Source of the DNA: a virus
Taxonomy: Duplodnaviria; Heunggongvirae; Uroviricota; Caudoviricetes
Virus record (IMG/VR): IMGVR_UViG_643348545_000006
Coordinates: 1-45,254 of that record
DNA: 45,254 nt
Direction: 5' to 3' (one strand)
Shown one piece after another: positions 44,676-45,254 of the stretch. Within the stretch, counting starts at the first letter, position 1. Each line of letters starts with the position of its first letter. The translations under genes were made by a program, and so were the position numbers. The notes under the pieces were generated by a model. It ran no database searches and had not been told where the DNA came from. It was given only the letters and a program-made list of their open reading frames with translations.

Positions 44676-45254
44676 ATGTGGAAAAAAATAAGCAATCCGC
44701 AATGGGCAGATAAAGATCACACTGCTGTCAATTGCATGGTGAAGTTTGAGCACATTGAGCAGGCGGTTCCTTTCACTGCAACAGCCAGCGATACCGAAGC
44801 ATACGGGCGGGATATTTATGCCGCTTGTCTGAGAGGAGAGGCCGGTGAAATTGCAGAATATGTACAGCCATCCATCAGCCCGGAAAAAGCCAGAGAACTC
44901 AAAACCGCCGGGATCAACGCCTGGCGTAATGCGATGGAAGCGGCGAACTACACGTTTGAGCACAATGGGCGTAAATGGGACTACGGGAAGTCAACGCAGA
45001 CGCGTCTTGAGCCGTCGGTGGCGGCAGCGAAAGCGGGGAAACTGCCGGAGGCGTTTTTCTGGACGGATGCGGACAATAATGACGTACCGATGGACGCTGA
45101 AACACTGATTGCTCTGAGTGCTGCTGCAGAGCAGGCGATGTTCACCAAAGGGATGGAAATCCACGTTCGCCAGCGCACCATGAAGAAGGAGCTGGAAAAG
45201 CTGACCAGTGCGGATGAGATACTGGCATACAGGGTTGGCTGGGCACAGGAATAA
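44676..45254 (+). CDS. tfa: Putative tail fibre assembly protein (Tfa-like)
   Basis: 192-aa ORF immediately downstream of stf, ending at the window end with a stop codon; assignment mostly positional. Confidence 0.55.
   Translation: MWKKISNPQWADKDHTAVNCMVKFEHIEQAVPFTATASDTEAYGRDIYAACLRGEAGEIAEYVQPSISPEKARELKTAGINAWRNAMEAANYTFEHNGRKWDYGKSTQTRLEPSVAAAKAGKLPEAFFWTDADNNDVPMDAETLIALSAAAEQAMFTKGMEIHVRQRTMKKELEKLTSADEILAYRVGWAQE

Noticed and set aside
1-45254. Attachment sites (attL/attR), insertion sequences and transposases
   Set aside because: The window begins at the integrase stop codon and ends at the tail fibre assembly gene, so both prophage junctions lie outside it; no transposase-like ORF or terminal inverted repeat pair was seen (unlike the IS-disrupted K-12 Qin locus as recalled).

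Overview
The window is almost entirely one lambdoid prophage of an Escherichia-like enterobacterium, read from the integrase stop codon (position 1-3) through the tail fibre assembly gene (ends 45254); no att sites are inside the window. Left arm on the minus strand: int, xis-like, an 823-aa exonuclease, ydfD, dicB, DicF sRNA, two small ORFs, then a repressor operon that also carries a RelE/ParE-type toxin-antitoxin pair. Rightward early operon on the plus strand: Cro-like and YdaT-like regulators, an O-like initiator with internal iterons, a DnaC-like loader, two unknowns, a Nudix + HAD cargo pair, hokD, a DUF968 protein, rusA and a Q-like antiterminator. Late region: a terminator, a DNA methyltransferase, three tRNAs, a NanS-like esterase and no Shiga toxin genes, then a phage-21-type lysis cassette interrupted by two unknown convergent genes, a lambda-type cos site, and a complete lambda-like head and tail gene set (Nu1 through J, Stf, Tfa). 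All homology calls come from reading the translations and from recalled reference sequences; no database search was run. The most interesting candidates for undescribed function are the insert between holin and endolysin, the toxin-antitoxin pair in the rexAB-equivalent position, and the hairpin-bounded Nudix-HAD cassette.
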